Assembly (NCBI GenBank): GCA_028534125.1
Contig: CM052832.1
Location: 22,880,001-22,944,000 of the forward strand
DNA length: 64,000 nt
Source of the DNA: Lama glama
Taxonomy: Eukaryota
Direction of reading: 5' to 3'
The number at the start of each line of letters is the position of its first letter. The stretch's first letter is position 1. Made by a program: the position numbers and the translations under genes. The notes below the pieces were generated by a model. That model had not been told where the DNA came from. It made no database searches and was given only the letters and a program-made list of their open reading frames with translations. Shown piece after piece: positions 26,569 through 40,711 of this stretch.

Positions 26569-27223
26569 AAAAAATTGAGTTACTATGTGATCCAGCAATC
26601 CCACTCCTGGGCATATATCTGGAAAAAATGAAAATTCTAATTTGAAAAGATATATGCAGCCCAATGTTCATAGTAGAACTATTTACAATAGCCAAGACAT
26701 GGAAGCAACATTAATGTCCATCAACAAATGAGTAGATAAAGAAGATGTGGTATATATACACAATGGAATACTACTCAGCCATAAAAAAGAATGAAATAAT
26801 GTCATTTGCAGCAGCATGGATAGACCTAGAGATTATCATACCAAGTAAAGTAAGTCAGACAGAGAAAGACAAATACCATATGGTATCACTTTTATGTGGA
26901 ATCTTAAAAAATGGTACAAATGAACTTACTGTTACAAAACAAAAATAGACTCACAGACATAGAAAACAAACTTACAATTACCAAAGGGGAAAGGGGGAAG
27001 GGATAAATTAGGTGTTTGGGATTAACAGATATGACTTACTATATATAAAATAAATAAACAACAAGGACATACTATATAGCAGGAGAGGAACCATATTCGA
27101 TATTCAGTAACAACTTATAATGAAAAAGAATACATATATATGTAACTGAATCACTTTGCTGTATATCTGAAATATTGTAAATCAATTATACTTCAATTAA
27201 AAATATACTTATTAATAAATAAA
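26569..27223 (+). mobile_element. 5'-truncated L1 (ORF2 C-terminus plus 3' UTR), inserted into a MIR
   Basis: ORF 26745-26948 MWYIYTMEYYSAIKKNEIMSFAAAWIDLEIII is ORF2p C-terminus; TSD aaagaaataaaata(t/c)atg at 26551-26568 and 27224-27241; TT/AAAA endonuclease site. Confidence 0.95.
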
Positions 27224-27920
27224 AAAGAAATAAAATACATGGAGAGTCTAACACACAGTAGGGACTTACTGCATATTCATTTAATTCTATTTCTCCTCTC
27301 TCAAAATGCAGATCTGTTTTATTGGCAAACACTGCAGAGTACAAGGGGGTCCTTGTAATTTTACAGATATGGTTTGGAAAGATTAACTTGGAGAGAAAGT
27401 TATGGAGAGGGAGAATAGACATATTTGGTTTCTGTTTACTCCAAATCTTTTTCCACTTGGCTCTAATTTTTTGGAGCAGAGTCTTGTCAAGTATCTAAGG
27501 AGCTGAGAATCACCCTGGGATACTATTCCACGCTCACAAAAGGGATGGACTGCTCTCCCCGTACAGACTCAGAATTAGGGACAGAGTCCTTTAAAGGATG
27601 GATTAAGGAAGGTTTTATTCTTGCTTATTCCCCTTCCAGGAGCCTTATGACCCTTTGCTCAGGAGCACCTTGGTCATCTCCCTCTTTCTCCTGCAATATT
27701 TTCTCCTCTCTGTTACAACTACTCTCTCATTGAGATTTTCACTCTTCAAACTTTCCACAGTCCCCAAACTCTGAATCACTAAAAAGAGTCTCAGAATTCA
27801 TTTTACCAATAATGCCACTTTTGGCTGCAGCAAATGTCTAGTCTTTCTCACAGCATCATGGAAAATTTTAGAATACTTTTAAAGAGAGAGAAGGATAGAG
27901 GGCACAGGCTAGGGAGTGGG

Positions 27921-28407
27921 CACAGAAGGCAGAATTATCCCCGCCCCAACACACACAGAACACATCCTGAAACCTGTGGATATGTTACCTTATGTGGCAA
28001 AGGGGGAAAAGGGCCTTTGGAGTTGTGATTAAGTTAATGACCTGAGAGGGAGAGATTATCCTGGATTATCTTAGTAGGTCCAACCTGATCTCCACCTCTC
28101 TTGGCTGTGGTCAGAAAGAAATGTGACGATGGAAGAAGGGTCAGGGAGATCTGATGTTACTATCTGTGAGGATAGAGAAAGGGGCCACTAGCCAAAGAAT
28201 GCAACCTCTTATAGTAGCTGGAAAATATAAGGAAATAGATTTCACCCTGGAGTTTCCAGAAAAGAATATACCTCTGCCAACATCTTGAATTTAGTCCAGT
28301 AATACCCACGTTGGACTTCTGACCCACAGGCGGTAGGATGGTAAATTTGTGTTGCTGACACCTCTGTTTGTGGTAATTTGTTATAGCAGCAACAGGAAAC
28401 TAATACA
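27921..28407 (+). mobile_element. MaLR solo LTR, MLT1D-like
   Basis: atatgttaccttatgtggcaaa, gagattatcctggattatc, ends gtggtaatttgttatagcagcaacaggaaactaataca; perfect TSD gtggg. Confidence 0.9.
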
Positions 28408-29259
28408 GTGGGGATGGGCAGGGATAAGAAGAGTCATTTTTCAGAAATGCACAGCCTATCTCAGGTGATCACCTTTATCCTATACTCAGAAATGTCCCTT
28501 TTAAAGTCACTGAATACAAACCCCCCTCAATGAATAAAAAGTTTTCTCTCCAAGGTAACAGTTGTCAATAAGAATTTTTTCTTCCCCTCCATAATGTTAT
28601 ATCTCTGTGCATACACATAAATCTGAGATTAAAATAAAAACAAAATAAGAGAATCAGAGGTGGTATAAGCAGGTAATATTATAAACCTTCAAATCTCCAT
28701 TGTTATCATTGCCACCAACATTTGCCAACCGCCTGCTGCATGGAAGGCTATATACTGAGGGTATAGAAAATTAAACACTTGGCTTTGACTTTCAATGCAA
28801 TACTATTCACTTATTTGATGTCTTGCTTAATTTATTTCTTAGCACTGCTCTTAGGAAGAACTAGTAAAACAAAAAGTTGACCTTCTATAATATTGTGTTT
28901 AACAGTGGTATTTGATTTTTCCCAGTGATAATGGGTCCTAGAAGGCACTCGATCACCAAAGTAGAAATCTGTCTTATTTCCCATCCTGTCCTACTAAGGC
29001 AAAGATTTTAAGTAACACATTTTTGGAAGAGCCAACAGAAACTGGAATATTGAAAGGATTGGCACTAGCAGAAGGTCACAGTCCCTTGAATTCTTGCTAA
29101 CAAAAACCATATTGTGCATTACCAACCAATTTGAACAAAGATCTAGAAGGCCATTCCTAATTGTTGCTTATGTAGAGAGAGAGTCAATAAGGACTTTATT
29201 TCTGGCTGAGGGAAAACTTTTTTAGGGATATTGTTAAAAACTGACCTTTAAAGGAGCAA

Positions 29260-29470
29260 GTGACCTGATATCAAACCAATCTATGAGAACTTGCAGTTGT
29301 GTAAATTTTGAGAAAGTCCCTTAACTTCTATAAGCTTCTGTTTTTTCATTTTTAAAACATGTATAATAAATTTCTGAATCACAGAAATGTTATCAGTATT
29401 ACATCGTATGGAGAAGAGAGTATAAAATCACCTAGTGATGTGTTTGGTCCACACAATATAAATAAAAGGT
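29260..29470 (+). mobile_element. MIR SINE (degraded)
   Basis: gaaagtcccttaacttctataagcttctgttttttcatttttaaaa. Confidence 0.6.
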
Positions 29471-30164
29471 CTTTTATTCACTCTTTCCTGTGTTCAAACC
29501 CTACTTGGAATTTGCAAATACACTGACACAATCCTTGAGTATAATGATTCCACACACCTAAGAGTTGCTGACTTTCAAATTTTGAGATTTGCAAATGGAG
29601 TCACCAATCTGCCAAGACTTGCACAAACTGCTTCAACAGAGCAATTAGAAGTTAACTCTCTCTTTTGTTTCCTGCTTCATTTTTAGATGTTTCATAACCA
29701 ACTCCTTTGGAGAAGAAAAAATATCTAGCACATCAGCATTTTTCAAGTACATTAGGATTTGAAGAGCTGATTGAAAGTATCTCCTGGAGAAAAGATTTTT
29801 TTTCTGCTCACAGAACCTGAGATGAGAATCATCTTGCCAGAAATTAGGGGGGGAAAAAAAGTCTCCAGTGTCTTTTCTGCCAATACTTTTCTGACGCTGG
29901 AGTTCTGGTGGAAACGTTCAAGTTTAATGCAATCTCTTCATCACTTCTTGAAGGCAAGGCTTTTTTCTTTTACATCCTCTATGTTACATCCTCTATGTTT
30001 CTAATCCATAGTAAAGAGATATGAACACCATTATATATTTACATATACATGATATATATCAGTTATTAGACTTCTGAAAAGCAGGTCAGAATTCACTACG
30101 GTTTTTAAATTAGAAAACTACTAACGTCCATTTAACTTGCTTTGTGAAAAAGCTAACCGTCTAC

Positions 30165-30342
30165 CAGTAATTCTCAATCCCGTTTGCAAAATACAATGAC
30201 TTAGGCAAACTTTAAGAAACACGTATATCCAGAAGTGCCCCCCTTCTGACTTAATGGGTCTGAGATGGAACCCAGAGTTCACTGGGCTTTTTAAAATGTC
30301 TCTCAGGTAATTTTAATGAGTAGCCAAAGATGAGAAATAATG
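30165..30342. mobile_element. MER5-like MITE, copy 1
   Basis: cagtaattctcaa...ttctgacttaatgggtctgagatgg...caggtaattttaatgagtagccaaagatgagaa. Confidence 0.7.
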
Positions 30343-30350
30343 ATCTATAT

Positions 30351-30516
30351 CAATGGGTTAGTGGTTTGCAGCCTGAATCACCTCCAAGAGCTTTAAAAAA
30401 AAAAAATGCTGAAGTCCAAGGCACACTCCAGACCTAATGAATAAGAATGCAGGGCTGGGGGGAGCCAGTGCTTCTTAAAGCTCTGCAGCATGTGCCAGCA
30501 GGGTTGAGAACCACTG
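30351..30516. mobile_element. MER5-like MITE, copy 2, opposite orientation
   Basis: gaatcacctccaagagctttaaaa...ccagacctaatgaataagaat...gggttgagaaccactg. Confidence 0.7.
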
Positions 30517-32459
30517 CCTACATGTGTCAGTGAGTAATGATTATGATGTACATGAGGCATCCAATGATCCATTATGTAGCTTTACATTCCGACTCACTGC
30601 AGCTGGGACTCCTATTGGACTCTTCACCTTTGTTTCACATATGGAATTAACAAATTACTTTCAAGTTCTATCATACCTTTACTAAGACGAATATTGTGTC
30701 AGTGATCAGAGAATTGCGTCTAGTGCCTCTGACATATTTGCTTTTACAATATTTTGAGAACTAAGAGGCCACTGTGAGCAAATATTAATATCATTCCATG
30801 TGAGCAAATTCTGTCCTCGACTGGCCTTGGGCAATGCATAATTTCATGAGCATTGGGGTCTCTCACCCTTGCATTTTAGGGATTTTTGAACCATGCAGTT
30901 GGCTTTAGGTACACTATATACTCTTCATGCTTACCACGTCTTAGGGTCTTCCAATCCCAGGGGAATACTTCAACTCTAACAGGGAAGTATGGGATCTCTA
31001 TTACTTATGTTATCACAGTTTATCTAAAGCTCAGTCATGCTCAGAATATCAAAGGACTTTCAGGGAGGCTACATCTTTTCTTGGTACCTTAATATTACCT
31101 GTCTCTAAGGTAGAACCATCCTTGTATTTCTCAATATATGTCTTCAACTAGCAATGGAGGCATCACTCTAGTGTTATTGGGTCATTTAACTTATTAATAA
31201 TTAGAATAGTCTTTAGTATGAGGAATTTTTATGCATTTTCTTATATGGTCTTTGCCTAGAAACATTTTATTCCATGGTCTTTGTTGGCCCTCTTGTAAAT
31301 CTGTTTTGGAACAGGATCCTTAGGCAGCTGGATTTGAAATGAGGCTTTGTTAGTTGTGAAATCAAATTGACAGTCCTTCTGTGGTTTTGGTGCGAGAGCT
31401 CCATCTGGAAATGGATCAGCCCTTCCTGTCTCAGCATATGTCCCAGGGACCACATTCTCCCAATAATCTGAACAACATTGTGCTTCCAAATTCAGCAGTT
31501 TTCTCCCTCCTTGCTGTCACACATGCATCTATGAGCATCCAAACTTTAGGAAGCTAAAAAGAGTGCGGAGAGATATTTATAATGAAGAAATAAAACAGCA
31601 TCCTCATCAAAAGTGAGGCTGAAATATTCTTCTGGTTCGTATTCTGCTCAGGGTTACGAAGGGTGTTCTGACTTCGTTTACATGTCCATCAGCTGAGTTC
31701 TCATCATTTCCCTGAAGATCAGCATTTTAGTGTCACAGATAACCTTCTCAAGCATTAACTTATTGGACACGTCAAACAACAAGGAACTTTTCTAATTATG
31801 GAACTCTGGGGCAAAAGAGAATAGCTCACATTGTTGAGGTGGAAAGAGTGCCAAAAAATGGGGTTTCTCGTTCTAGATTTGAAAAAAAGTACAGGACAAA
31901 AGTTTCCATACCTCAGTATAGAAAGGCCACACAATCCAGATGGCCACTATGTCCTGGATGGAAGAAATTCACATGCTGCTCCTTCTGCCTTTTTTATGGG
32001 CCACCACAAATAGCCAGCCCTGAGCCTCAGACTTGCTCTTTCATTTCTCTTGCAATGTGAATATAACTGCCAATTTCTGGACCATGCCATCCCAGGTGAA
32101 AATATAATGATGAAAGCAGGATGAACAAGAACTGAAGAATTAAACCACCCTTTGAGGTGGGTTGGCACTCAGTGTGGAGGATTTCCACAATAACAGTGGA
32201 GACACAGTTTCCTTCATGCTTCCCCTTATCCTGATTTCTGACAGATTCTCACGTATGCTCTGTTTTCAACTGAACCCGTCTGCTGCTAAATCCTTCAGGC
32301 TGCTCTAATTCTGGAAGCTTAGTTTCAGATCACTGTACATCCTTTCAGAGGGAATGGAAGTCAGGCAGAGATCCTACGGACATAATTGCCAGAGGATAAC
32401 TCTGCTTGAAGATGAGGGCTGCCATTTGAAAGAACAACCAAAAGGCCATTTTTTTGGTC

Positions 32460-32640
32460 CACAAGTCTCAAAAGTCAATGGCCATTAGTATCATTTTAGA
32501 CACTTGTCAGAAATGCAGACTCTCAGCCCCCTTTTTACCAATTCAGAGAGTCTGGGTTCAGGCCTGGGGTGAGGGGGCCTGATACATCACTGCACATGAC
32601 TCTGATGTAGCGGGTCTGTGGAACACACACTGTGTCGCTA
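32460..32640. mobile_element. MER5-like MITE
   Basis: cttgtcagaaatgcagactctcagcccc...gactctgatgtagc. Confidence 0.55.
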
Positions 32641-33339
32641 ACCTAACTTGTAAGAGGCTCAGAAACACAGCAAGTGGAGTTATTTTGATTTTTCCTGAAG
32701 GGTGGGTTTTAAGGTATACTTATTATCTATTCTCTTAGCTTATTTTGTGTACCAAGGAGCCCTGAGATTCTGTGAAAACTGAAGGCAAATGGAATCCTCT
32801 CTGTTTTACTGTGTGTAGGTTCATGAATTGGCCAGGATTAGCTACTGGAGACACATCCATTCAGTCAGCAAATAATAGTTGAACTCTTGCTCAGCTAAGA
32901 CTTGTACTAGTGGCACAACAAGTAAAATGCAGTCCCTACCTTTGAGGAGTTCAGTTTAGAAACAGTGATACGAATTAATAAAATATAGTGATATGAAAAA
33001 CGTGTTACTAATGGATTTAGAGCAATGCAATTTACTTTGAAAGGAGAGATTTAATAGAGATGATGAAAGTTGAGCTTAGTTTAAACTATTGCAAGAAAAT
33101 TACAAGGCATGAAGACAAGGAAATTTTTGAGAAATAAGGAAAAAATCATATGCATAAGCAAGGAGTTAAGAATTACCCTTTTTATATTCTAGACATTTTA
33201 GAAAGTTCAAAGAAATTGAGAAAAACACATGGATGGTGAGAAGTGGCAGAAAATAAGATGGGCAGGAGTGATCCTTGAGACCACATTATAAAGAGTATTA
33301 TATGACAAAACAAGAACTTTGAGTTTGATCATGTATGAC

Positions 33340-34840
33340 AGAAAATAATGCTGAGAGAAACTAAATACCAAAACAAATGAAGAAATGCATCATATTCACA
33401 GACTGGAAGACTCCAAGACTCAATATTTAAAAAATAACCATTCTAAATTGAACTATAATCGAAAGCAATGAAAATCAGAATTCATGAAGTTCTGTGAAAC
33501 TTGGTAGGCCTGTTCTAAAATTCAGGCAGTGTGGCACTGTCATAAGAATAGCTAAACAGGCCAGTTAGAAAGCATGGAGACTCTAGAAACTGACATATGC
33601 ACACAGTATCGCTTGATTTATAAAGAGATGTCGCTGTCACAGTGAGGAAAACATGGTACTTTCAATAAACAGTACTAGGCCCACTGGATATCTACATGGA
33701 AAAAACAAAAAGTTTTATTCATGCCTCACCCTTGCACAAAAATTAATTTCAGATGATTCATAGATCAACAAGTTAAATGTAAAATAATAAACATTCCAGA
33801 AAATAACACAGACACTTTTTCTACACAGACACCTTTCACAACTCTAACCAAAATGAAAAACCTTGGTAACTTGGACTACATTAAAATTTTCGGAAAGCCT
33901 AAGTTTATCAAAAGATCCCATTATGACAGTGATAAGGCAGACCACAGAGTAGAAAACACTTGCCCCACGTGGATACAACTGACAAAGGAATCAAGTGCCA
34001 AACACATGAAGAACTACAAAAACGGAGCCAGCCACCAAGTTTTAAAAAAGATTCAGAATGTTTGAGCAGGCACTTCACACAAAAGAGATCCAAATGATCA
34101 ATAATAAATAAGCATGTGAAAATGTGGCCTCTCTCATTAGTCATTATGAACTGAAAATTAAAACCATAGTGAATACAATTATATGCTCATTAAACAGCTA
34201 AGACTGAAAATACTTAACAATACCAAGTGCTACCAAGATCTGTATTAGGGAACACTCTCACATATGGATGCTGGATCCAATTTGGTAATATTTGGTAATG
34301 TTTACAAAGACAGATGTTCCTACAGCCTGACAACTGCACTCCTGAGGAATATACTCAACACAGTTTTATCCATATTTGTGCCAAAATATGTATTAAAAAT
34401 GTTCATAATAGTGCTCTTTAAAGTAGCCCAAAACTGAAAAAATTCAAATGTCAATCAATAGCGGACTGGATAAATAAGTTGTGGCATATCCATACAATGG
34501 AATATCATACAACAATGAGAATAAGCAAATTACTGTTACACATAACACTAATAATAAACATCAACTTTATAGCTAAGCAAAAGGAGAGACACAAAAGAAC
34601 CATACCATTATTCCCTTTATATAAAGTTCAAAACAGGCAAAATTAATTGGCATTATAGAAGTTCTGTCAATGGCTAACTCTGTGAAGACAGCATGAAAGA
34701 GTCTTCAGGAGTTCTAGGATGTTCTTTTACCATGTGCAATGGTTACTCAAGTATGTTGACTTTTTGAAAATTTACTGAACTGTACACTTATTATTTGTTC
34801 ACACTTCCACATTTATGCTACAATTTAACACAAATTTTAG
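33340..34840 (+). mobile_element. L1ME/L1MC-like 3' portion
   Basis: catattcacagactggaagactc, gactacattaaaatt, gcacttcacacaaaagag, ggataaataagttgtggcatatccatacaatggaatatc. Confidence 0.85.
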
Positions 34841-35280
34841 TTTAGTCATTTTCAGAGGAATTTAATTAGAATGGAGGAAACATGCGATTTTCTCAGATGG
34901 GACATAGCTTTTTCTAGCATTATGTTGAAAGATTTTTTTTTTTTGCTGGTGTTTGTTTCCTCTTGGACAATATTTCAACAACACATATCAAAGTGATTTG
35001 TCTTGAAAAGAAAGAGAGATTATTGTGCAAATGCAGGAAATAGATGATGAGAGTCTAAACTGTGGAAACAGAGACATGAGTCAGAATAGAAGCAATGTTT
35101 CAGAGATAGAAATCACAGACTTGAAGTTCAATTATCTAGAGGATGAAGGGAAAGGAAGATAAAATTCACTGTAAAGCTTCTAGCTTGATAGATTTGAATT
35201 CAGTTGAACATAATGAATTTTTTTTTTCATTTTGGACATGTTTGGTTGGCAGTATTAGAGGTTTGTCTAGATAGGCACAG

Positions 35281-37494
35281 TGAGACCAGAATGCCCACTC
35301 TCACCACTTCAACATAGTACTGGATGTCCCAGTCACAGCAACCAGACAAAAAAAGAAAAAGGAAGAAAGAAAGAAAAGGTATCCAAATTGGAAGGGAAGA
35401 GGTAAAACTGTCACTATATGCAGATGATATGATACAGTATATATAGAGAGAGAAAACCCTAAAGACTCCACACAAAAACTACTAGAACTGAGAAACGAAT
35501 TCAGCAAGGTAGCAGGATACAAGAGCAACATACAGGAATCTGCTGCACTTCTTTACACTAACAAAGTATCAGACAGGGAAAGTAAAAACAACAATCATAA
35601 TAATCCCTTGTAAAAACTGCATCCAAACAAAAAATACTCAGGGATAAATCTAACCAAGGAGGTTAAAGACTTATATGCTGGGAACTATAACATGCTGATA
35701 AAGGAAACTGAAAGAAATGGGAAGATATCCCATGCTCTTGGATTGGAAGAATATTGTTAAAATAGCCATAATACCCAAAGCAGTCTACAGATTTAATGTG
35801 ATCCCTATCAAATTATTCATGACACTTTTCACAGAACTAGAGCTAACAATCCTAAAATTTATACAGAACCAAAAAAACACCCAGAAGTGCCAAAGCAATC
35901 CTGAGGAAAAAGAACAAAGCTGGAGGCATAACCCTCCTAGACATCATACAATACTGCAAAGCTAAAGTAATCAAAATGAGTGGTATTGGCACAGAAACTA
36001 GACATATCAATCAATGGAACAGAATAGAGAGCCCAGAAATAAACCCACACACCTATGGTCAATGAATCTTCCACGAAAGAGGCAAGAATATACAATGGGG
36101 AAGATAGTCTTTTCGGGAAGTGGTATCAGAATTGTTGGACACAGCCACATGTAAATCAACCAAGTTAGATCACACCCTCACACCATACACAAAGATAAAC
36201 TCAAAATGGCCTACTAAAACTTAAGTATAAGATGTGACGCACTAAAACTCCTAGAAGAGAACACAGGCAAAACATTCTCTGGCATAAATCGTACCAATGA
36301 GTGATTAGGCCAGTAACTCAAGGCAATAGAAATAAAAGAAAAACTAAGCAAATGGGACCTAATCAAACTTAGAAGCTTTTGCACAACAAAGGAAACCATA
36401 AGCAAAACAAAAAAATAACCTACAGAGAAAATATCTGTAGATGATGTGACAGACAAGAGCTTAATTTCCAAAATATACAATTTATACAACTCAGTAACAA
36501 AAACCCAAACAACCCAACCAAAAAACAAAAAAAGGGGCAGAAGACCTAAATAGACATTTCTCCAAAGAAGACATACATGGCCAATAGGCATATGAAAAGA
36601 TGCTCAACATTGCTAGTTATCAGGGAAATGTAAATCAAAACTACAGTGAGGTACCAGGTCAGAATAGCCATTACTAAAAAGTCTATAAATAATAAATGGC
36701 GGAGAGGATGTGGAGAAAAGGGAACCCTCCTACCCTGTTGGTGGGAATGCAAACTGGTGCAGCCACTATGGAGGACAGTGTGGAGGTTCCTTAAAAAACT
36801 AAAACTACAGTTGCCATATAGTCCACTCTAAGGCATATGTCTGGAGAAAACTCTATTTCAAAAAGATACATGCACCCCAGTGTTCACAGCAGCACTATTT
36901 ACAATAGTCAAGACATAAAAGTAACCTAATTGTCCATCAACAAATGAATGGATAAAGAAGATGTGGTATCTCACACACACACACATATATATACACACAC
37001 ACACACACACAATGGAATACTTCTCAGCCATAAAAAATGAAATAATGCCATTTGCAGCAACATGGATGGACCTAGAGATTATCATACTATTAACAGTTGG
37101 AAAGAGAAAAACAAATATAACATGCTATCACTTACATGTGGAATTTAAAATATGACACAAATAAACTTATTTATGAAACAAAAACAGACTCACAGATATA
37201 GAAAACAAACTTTTAGTTACCAAAGGGGAAAGGGGGTGGGGAAGGGATAAATTAGGGGTTCGGGATTAGCAGATACAAACTACTACATATAAAACAGATA
37301 AACAAAAAGGTTCTACCATGTAGCACAGGGAACTATATTCAGTATCCTGTGATAAACCATCACAGAAAAGAATCTGAAAAATAATATATATATGCACACA
37401 AACACACACACATATATAACTGAACCACTTTGCTATGCACCAGAAACTAACAAAACATTGTAAATCAACTATACTTCAATTAAAAAATATAAAT
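35281..37494 (+). mobile_element. 5'-truncated L1, ~2.2 kb, with disrupted ORF2 (RT to C-terminus) and 3' UTR
   Basis: YADD motif (tatgcagatgat, ~35416); ORF pieces [56 protein letters not shown]; possible TSD agataggcaca/aaataggcata; frameshifted. Confidence 0.97.
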
Positions 37495-38313
37495 AAATAG
37501 GCATATATTGATGCAATTCAAAACATGGTTCTGAAACTTAGTAAAAAGGTCAAGACTACAAATGTAAGTTTTGGTCTTTTTAAATGTATGTTTTATGTTT
37601 CAAATTTATGTTTTGTGGCTAAAGCCTGAAAAGAAATGCACCCCTCTCCACCCTGAGGAAATATTCTACGTGAAGACAGAGAAGGCAACAGACAGAAGCT
37701 GAGAGCTTCAGTTTAGGAAGTTTCAAGCAGGGAGCTCATTTGCCATTTATTTTAAGTGATCCTCGCAAATCTAAACATGAAAATACACAACGGACTTAAG
37801 TAATTCTCATATCCTCTCGCTGTCCTTTAATATCTATCGTTGGAGTATAATAATTATTTTAGAGGCATCGCAAACAGTGCCTACTCTTTCACAAAACTTA
37901 GCAAATCACTTGCATCTGAATTACAGCATTACCAGAAAACAGTATTAGATTGAATCAGTTATGATGATAGTTATTTCAGAAATATCTTACAACTTAAATA
38001 AAATTGATGTTAACTTATCATGTCTATAGCCTCAGAAGTATATTTCAGAGGTCTGAATCAGATATTCATAATAATTTCCTTGAAAATGAGTACTTTTCAG
38101 CAGAACCATATTTTAAATCAATGTGGAATGTGAAATATCCCCAGGCTTGAAATACTTATAACACTATCTTATTGCTAAAAAATGTTACAGTTTTATTCTG
38201 AAGCCTTGTCGTCCATTATAATCTACTGGAGCTCACAACATATGCTCTGAATCCACACTAACAACACACGCTAAGGAGAGAAACACCTTTCACTTCCCTG
38301 TCTGCAAATCTGT

Positions 38314-38828
38314 TGTTCTGGATATCTATCATTATGTAACAAACTATCCCCCATACTTAATGACTTAATTCTCATTTTACTAGATCTCACGGTTTTAAGG
38401 GTCAGGAACACTGGCAGGGCTCAGCTGGGCAACTCTTCTGCTCTGTGTGGCATTAATCAAGGTCCACCGATGGTACTCAGCTGGTGGATGGCCTGGGAAG
38501 AAGACTATGGTGACGGCACTCACGTGCCTGGGGTGCTGGCAGGGCTGCCTGGAAGGCCTGGCTCACCTGGAGCGCCTGCACGTGGCCTCTCCGACATGGT
38601 GGTGCCGGACAGACAGACCTGTGTGGTGGTCCATGGTTCCTGGAGGAAGTGGACACTGCTGATTTCTTAAGGCCCAAGCACAACAATGGGCATGTGACTT
38701 CTGCTATCATTCTGTCGGGCAGTCAGGAAAACTACTCAGTTTCAGAGAGGGAACACAGGCCTCTGAATCTTGGGGAGAGGGGTGTCAAAAAGAAAACAAA
38801 ACCTGTGGCTTTCTTTGATCCATGTAAT
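38314..38828 (-). mobile_element. MaLR LTR, MLT1F/H-like
   Basis: tatgtaacaaactatccccc...ggtcaggaacactggcagggctcagctggg...cacgtggcctctcc. Confidence 0.7.
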
Positions 38829-39893
38829 AATAGAAAATCATTTATAACCCTGAATATTAAATGTGTATACCAATTTAGGTTCCAAAAATAAAATTAAAGC
38901 AAATATGAAAAGTCTAATTTCATGAAACATATTAATCTCTTTGAGAGATGATTGCATGTAGATCTGAATCGAGCAATATCTAGAATTAAAATTTGAGAAT
39001 AAAAATGAAATAGATGGGTTCTGGATACTTATAGATGGCATAAAATAAATGATACGGTAAGAGCACACTAGACATTAACTCACGTATTTTTGATGCCTTG
39101 ATTTACTAATAAATTTAGACTCTCACTTAGAAAAAGAAACATGATCCTTGATTTTTTTTCTCTACTAATCACTGAAAGTAATACATACATTTTTTCCATG
39201 TGGAAATTTCTATGTTGTTGGTATCGATGTTTAAGTTTTCTGGAAAGGAAACTTAATTGCACTCTTATTTCTTCTGCATGCTAGGCCTGGTGTTCAGCAC
39301 AATGCTTACATAACTGATTAAATCTTCAGAACCAATTTTTGAGTTGAGCATTATCATCCTTATTTTGTAGATGAGGAGACTGAGGGTCAAAAAACTTATA
39401 TATGTATACATTGTGTGCATATGTATATATACACACACTTATGTACATATATAAAAATGTATAATGTATAATAGGTATGCATTATATGTGTAGATCCATA
39501 ATATGGAAGAGGAGGAGGAAAAAGAGAAAAGAGGAATGAAGAAAAGAAGTTCTCTGGGGACTTATGAGATTCACTTCTCCCATCAGTATAGGAATGTTCC
39601 AAGGGCTGTAAAATTTCATAGATAAGAATACAATTTTGCTTCATTACTCATTTCAGTTGGATATAAGCCAAGTTTGAACTGAGAAATAGAAAATATTTCC
39701 ATGTATGGAGAGCAGCCTTCTAAGAGTATCAGAAAAAGAAAAAAAAAAAAAAAAGGATGGGTCTGGACCCCAGCTTCTAAATTTGTAAATTTTGGACCCC
39801 AAGCTACTCTGAAACAATCTCAGTCCATTTTGCATGGCAGCTAAGTCTCAATTTGGGTTGTCCCAGAAGTAGACGAAGACAAGGATTCAGGTC

Positions 39894-40340
39894 TCTAGTG
39901 AGTTGAATGGTGGCCCCTCAAAAGATATGTCCACTCAAAGTTAATGAATGTGATGTTATTTGGAAAAAGGGCTTTACAAATGTAATCAAGAAGTAAGTTA
40001 ACAATCTTAAAATGAGGCTATCCAGGATTGGGGTGGGCCAGAAGTCCAATAACAAGTGTCCTTAGAAGAGGGAGGTAGGTTATTCAACTGCAAAAGAGGA
40101 GAAGGCAACATAAGGACAGAGGCAGAGACTGGAATTATCCAGCCACAAGCCAAGCAATGCCTGGAGACACCAGAAACTGCAAAAGTCAGCACGGCTCCTC
40201 TGAACCGAAGACCCCTCTAAAGCCTTCAGAGGCAGTGTGGCCCTTTTGACACCTTGATTTCAGATTTCTGGCCTCCAGAACTGTGGGAGAACAAATTTCT
40301 GTTATGGTCATTGTTACGGCAGCTGCAGAAAGCTAAAGCA
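39894..40340 (+). mobile_element. MaLR solo LTR, MLT1C-like
   Basis: gttgaatggtggcccctcaaaagatatgtcc...cagccacaagccaagcaatgcctggag...gatttcagatttctggcctccagaactgtg; TSD aggtc/agatc. Confidence 0.88.
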
Positions 40341-40711
40341 AGATCCAAGGAGTTTACCTGGGAGGCAAAAGAAAAGGTGGACAGGGGAATGGGAAAGTGA
40401 GACAGGAAGAAGTGAGAGAGAAAAAAATTATCTAGCCATCAGTGTGAGCAACTGGAGCCTAATTTTGCTGGGGAAAACCTGAGAGCCAGCATAAAATATA
40501 TGCCCCAGAGTTCATGGATCTGGGAGAAAGGAGGGGAGCTGGGGGATTTCTGCACCTGCTCCTGTTAGCCATTGGCTGAGGACTGCTCCTGGGGTGTTGG
40601 GTCCCCAGCACTTCCAGCTCCCGTCGGAATGGCACAAAGTTGGCTCCAGAAGCAGGAGAATGATTCCAGGCAAAGAAGTGCAGGGACTATCTGTTGAGGT
40701 CTGGCCACCCT

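Larger units (their letters stand above)
32855..37580 (-). mobile_element. L2 split by two L1 insertions (pieces ~32855-33340, ~34860-35280, ~37495-37580)
   Basis: catccattcagtcagcaaata (L2 tail), cagtccctacctttgaggagttc, tttggacatgtttgg, in collinear order. Confidence 0.6.

Noticed and set aside
35717..37155. ORFs with reverse-transcriptase-related sequence
   Set aside because: Frameshifted pieces of a 5'-truncated L1 ORF2, not a gene or a new RT system.
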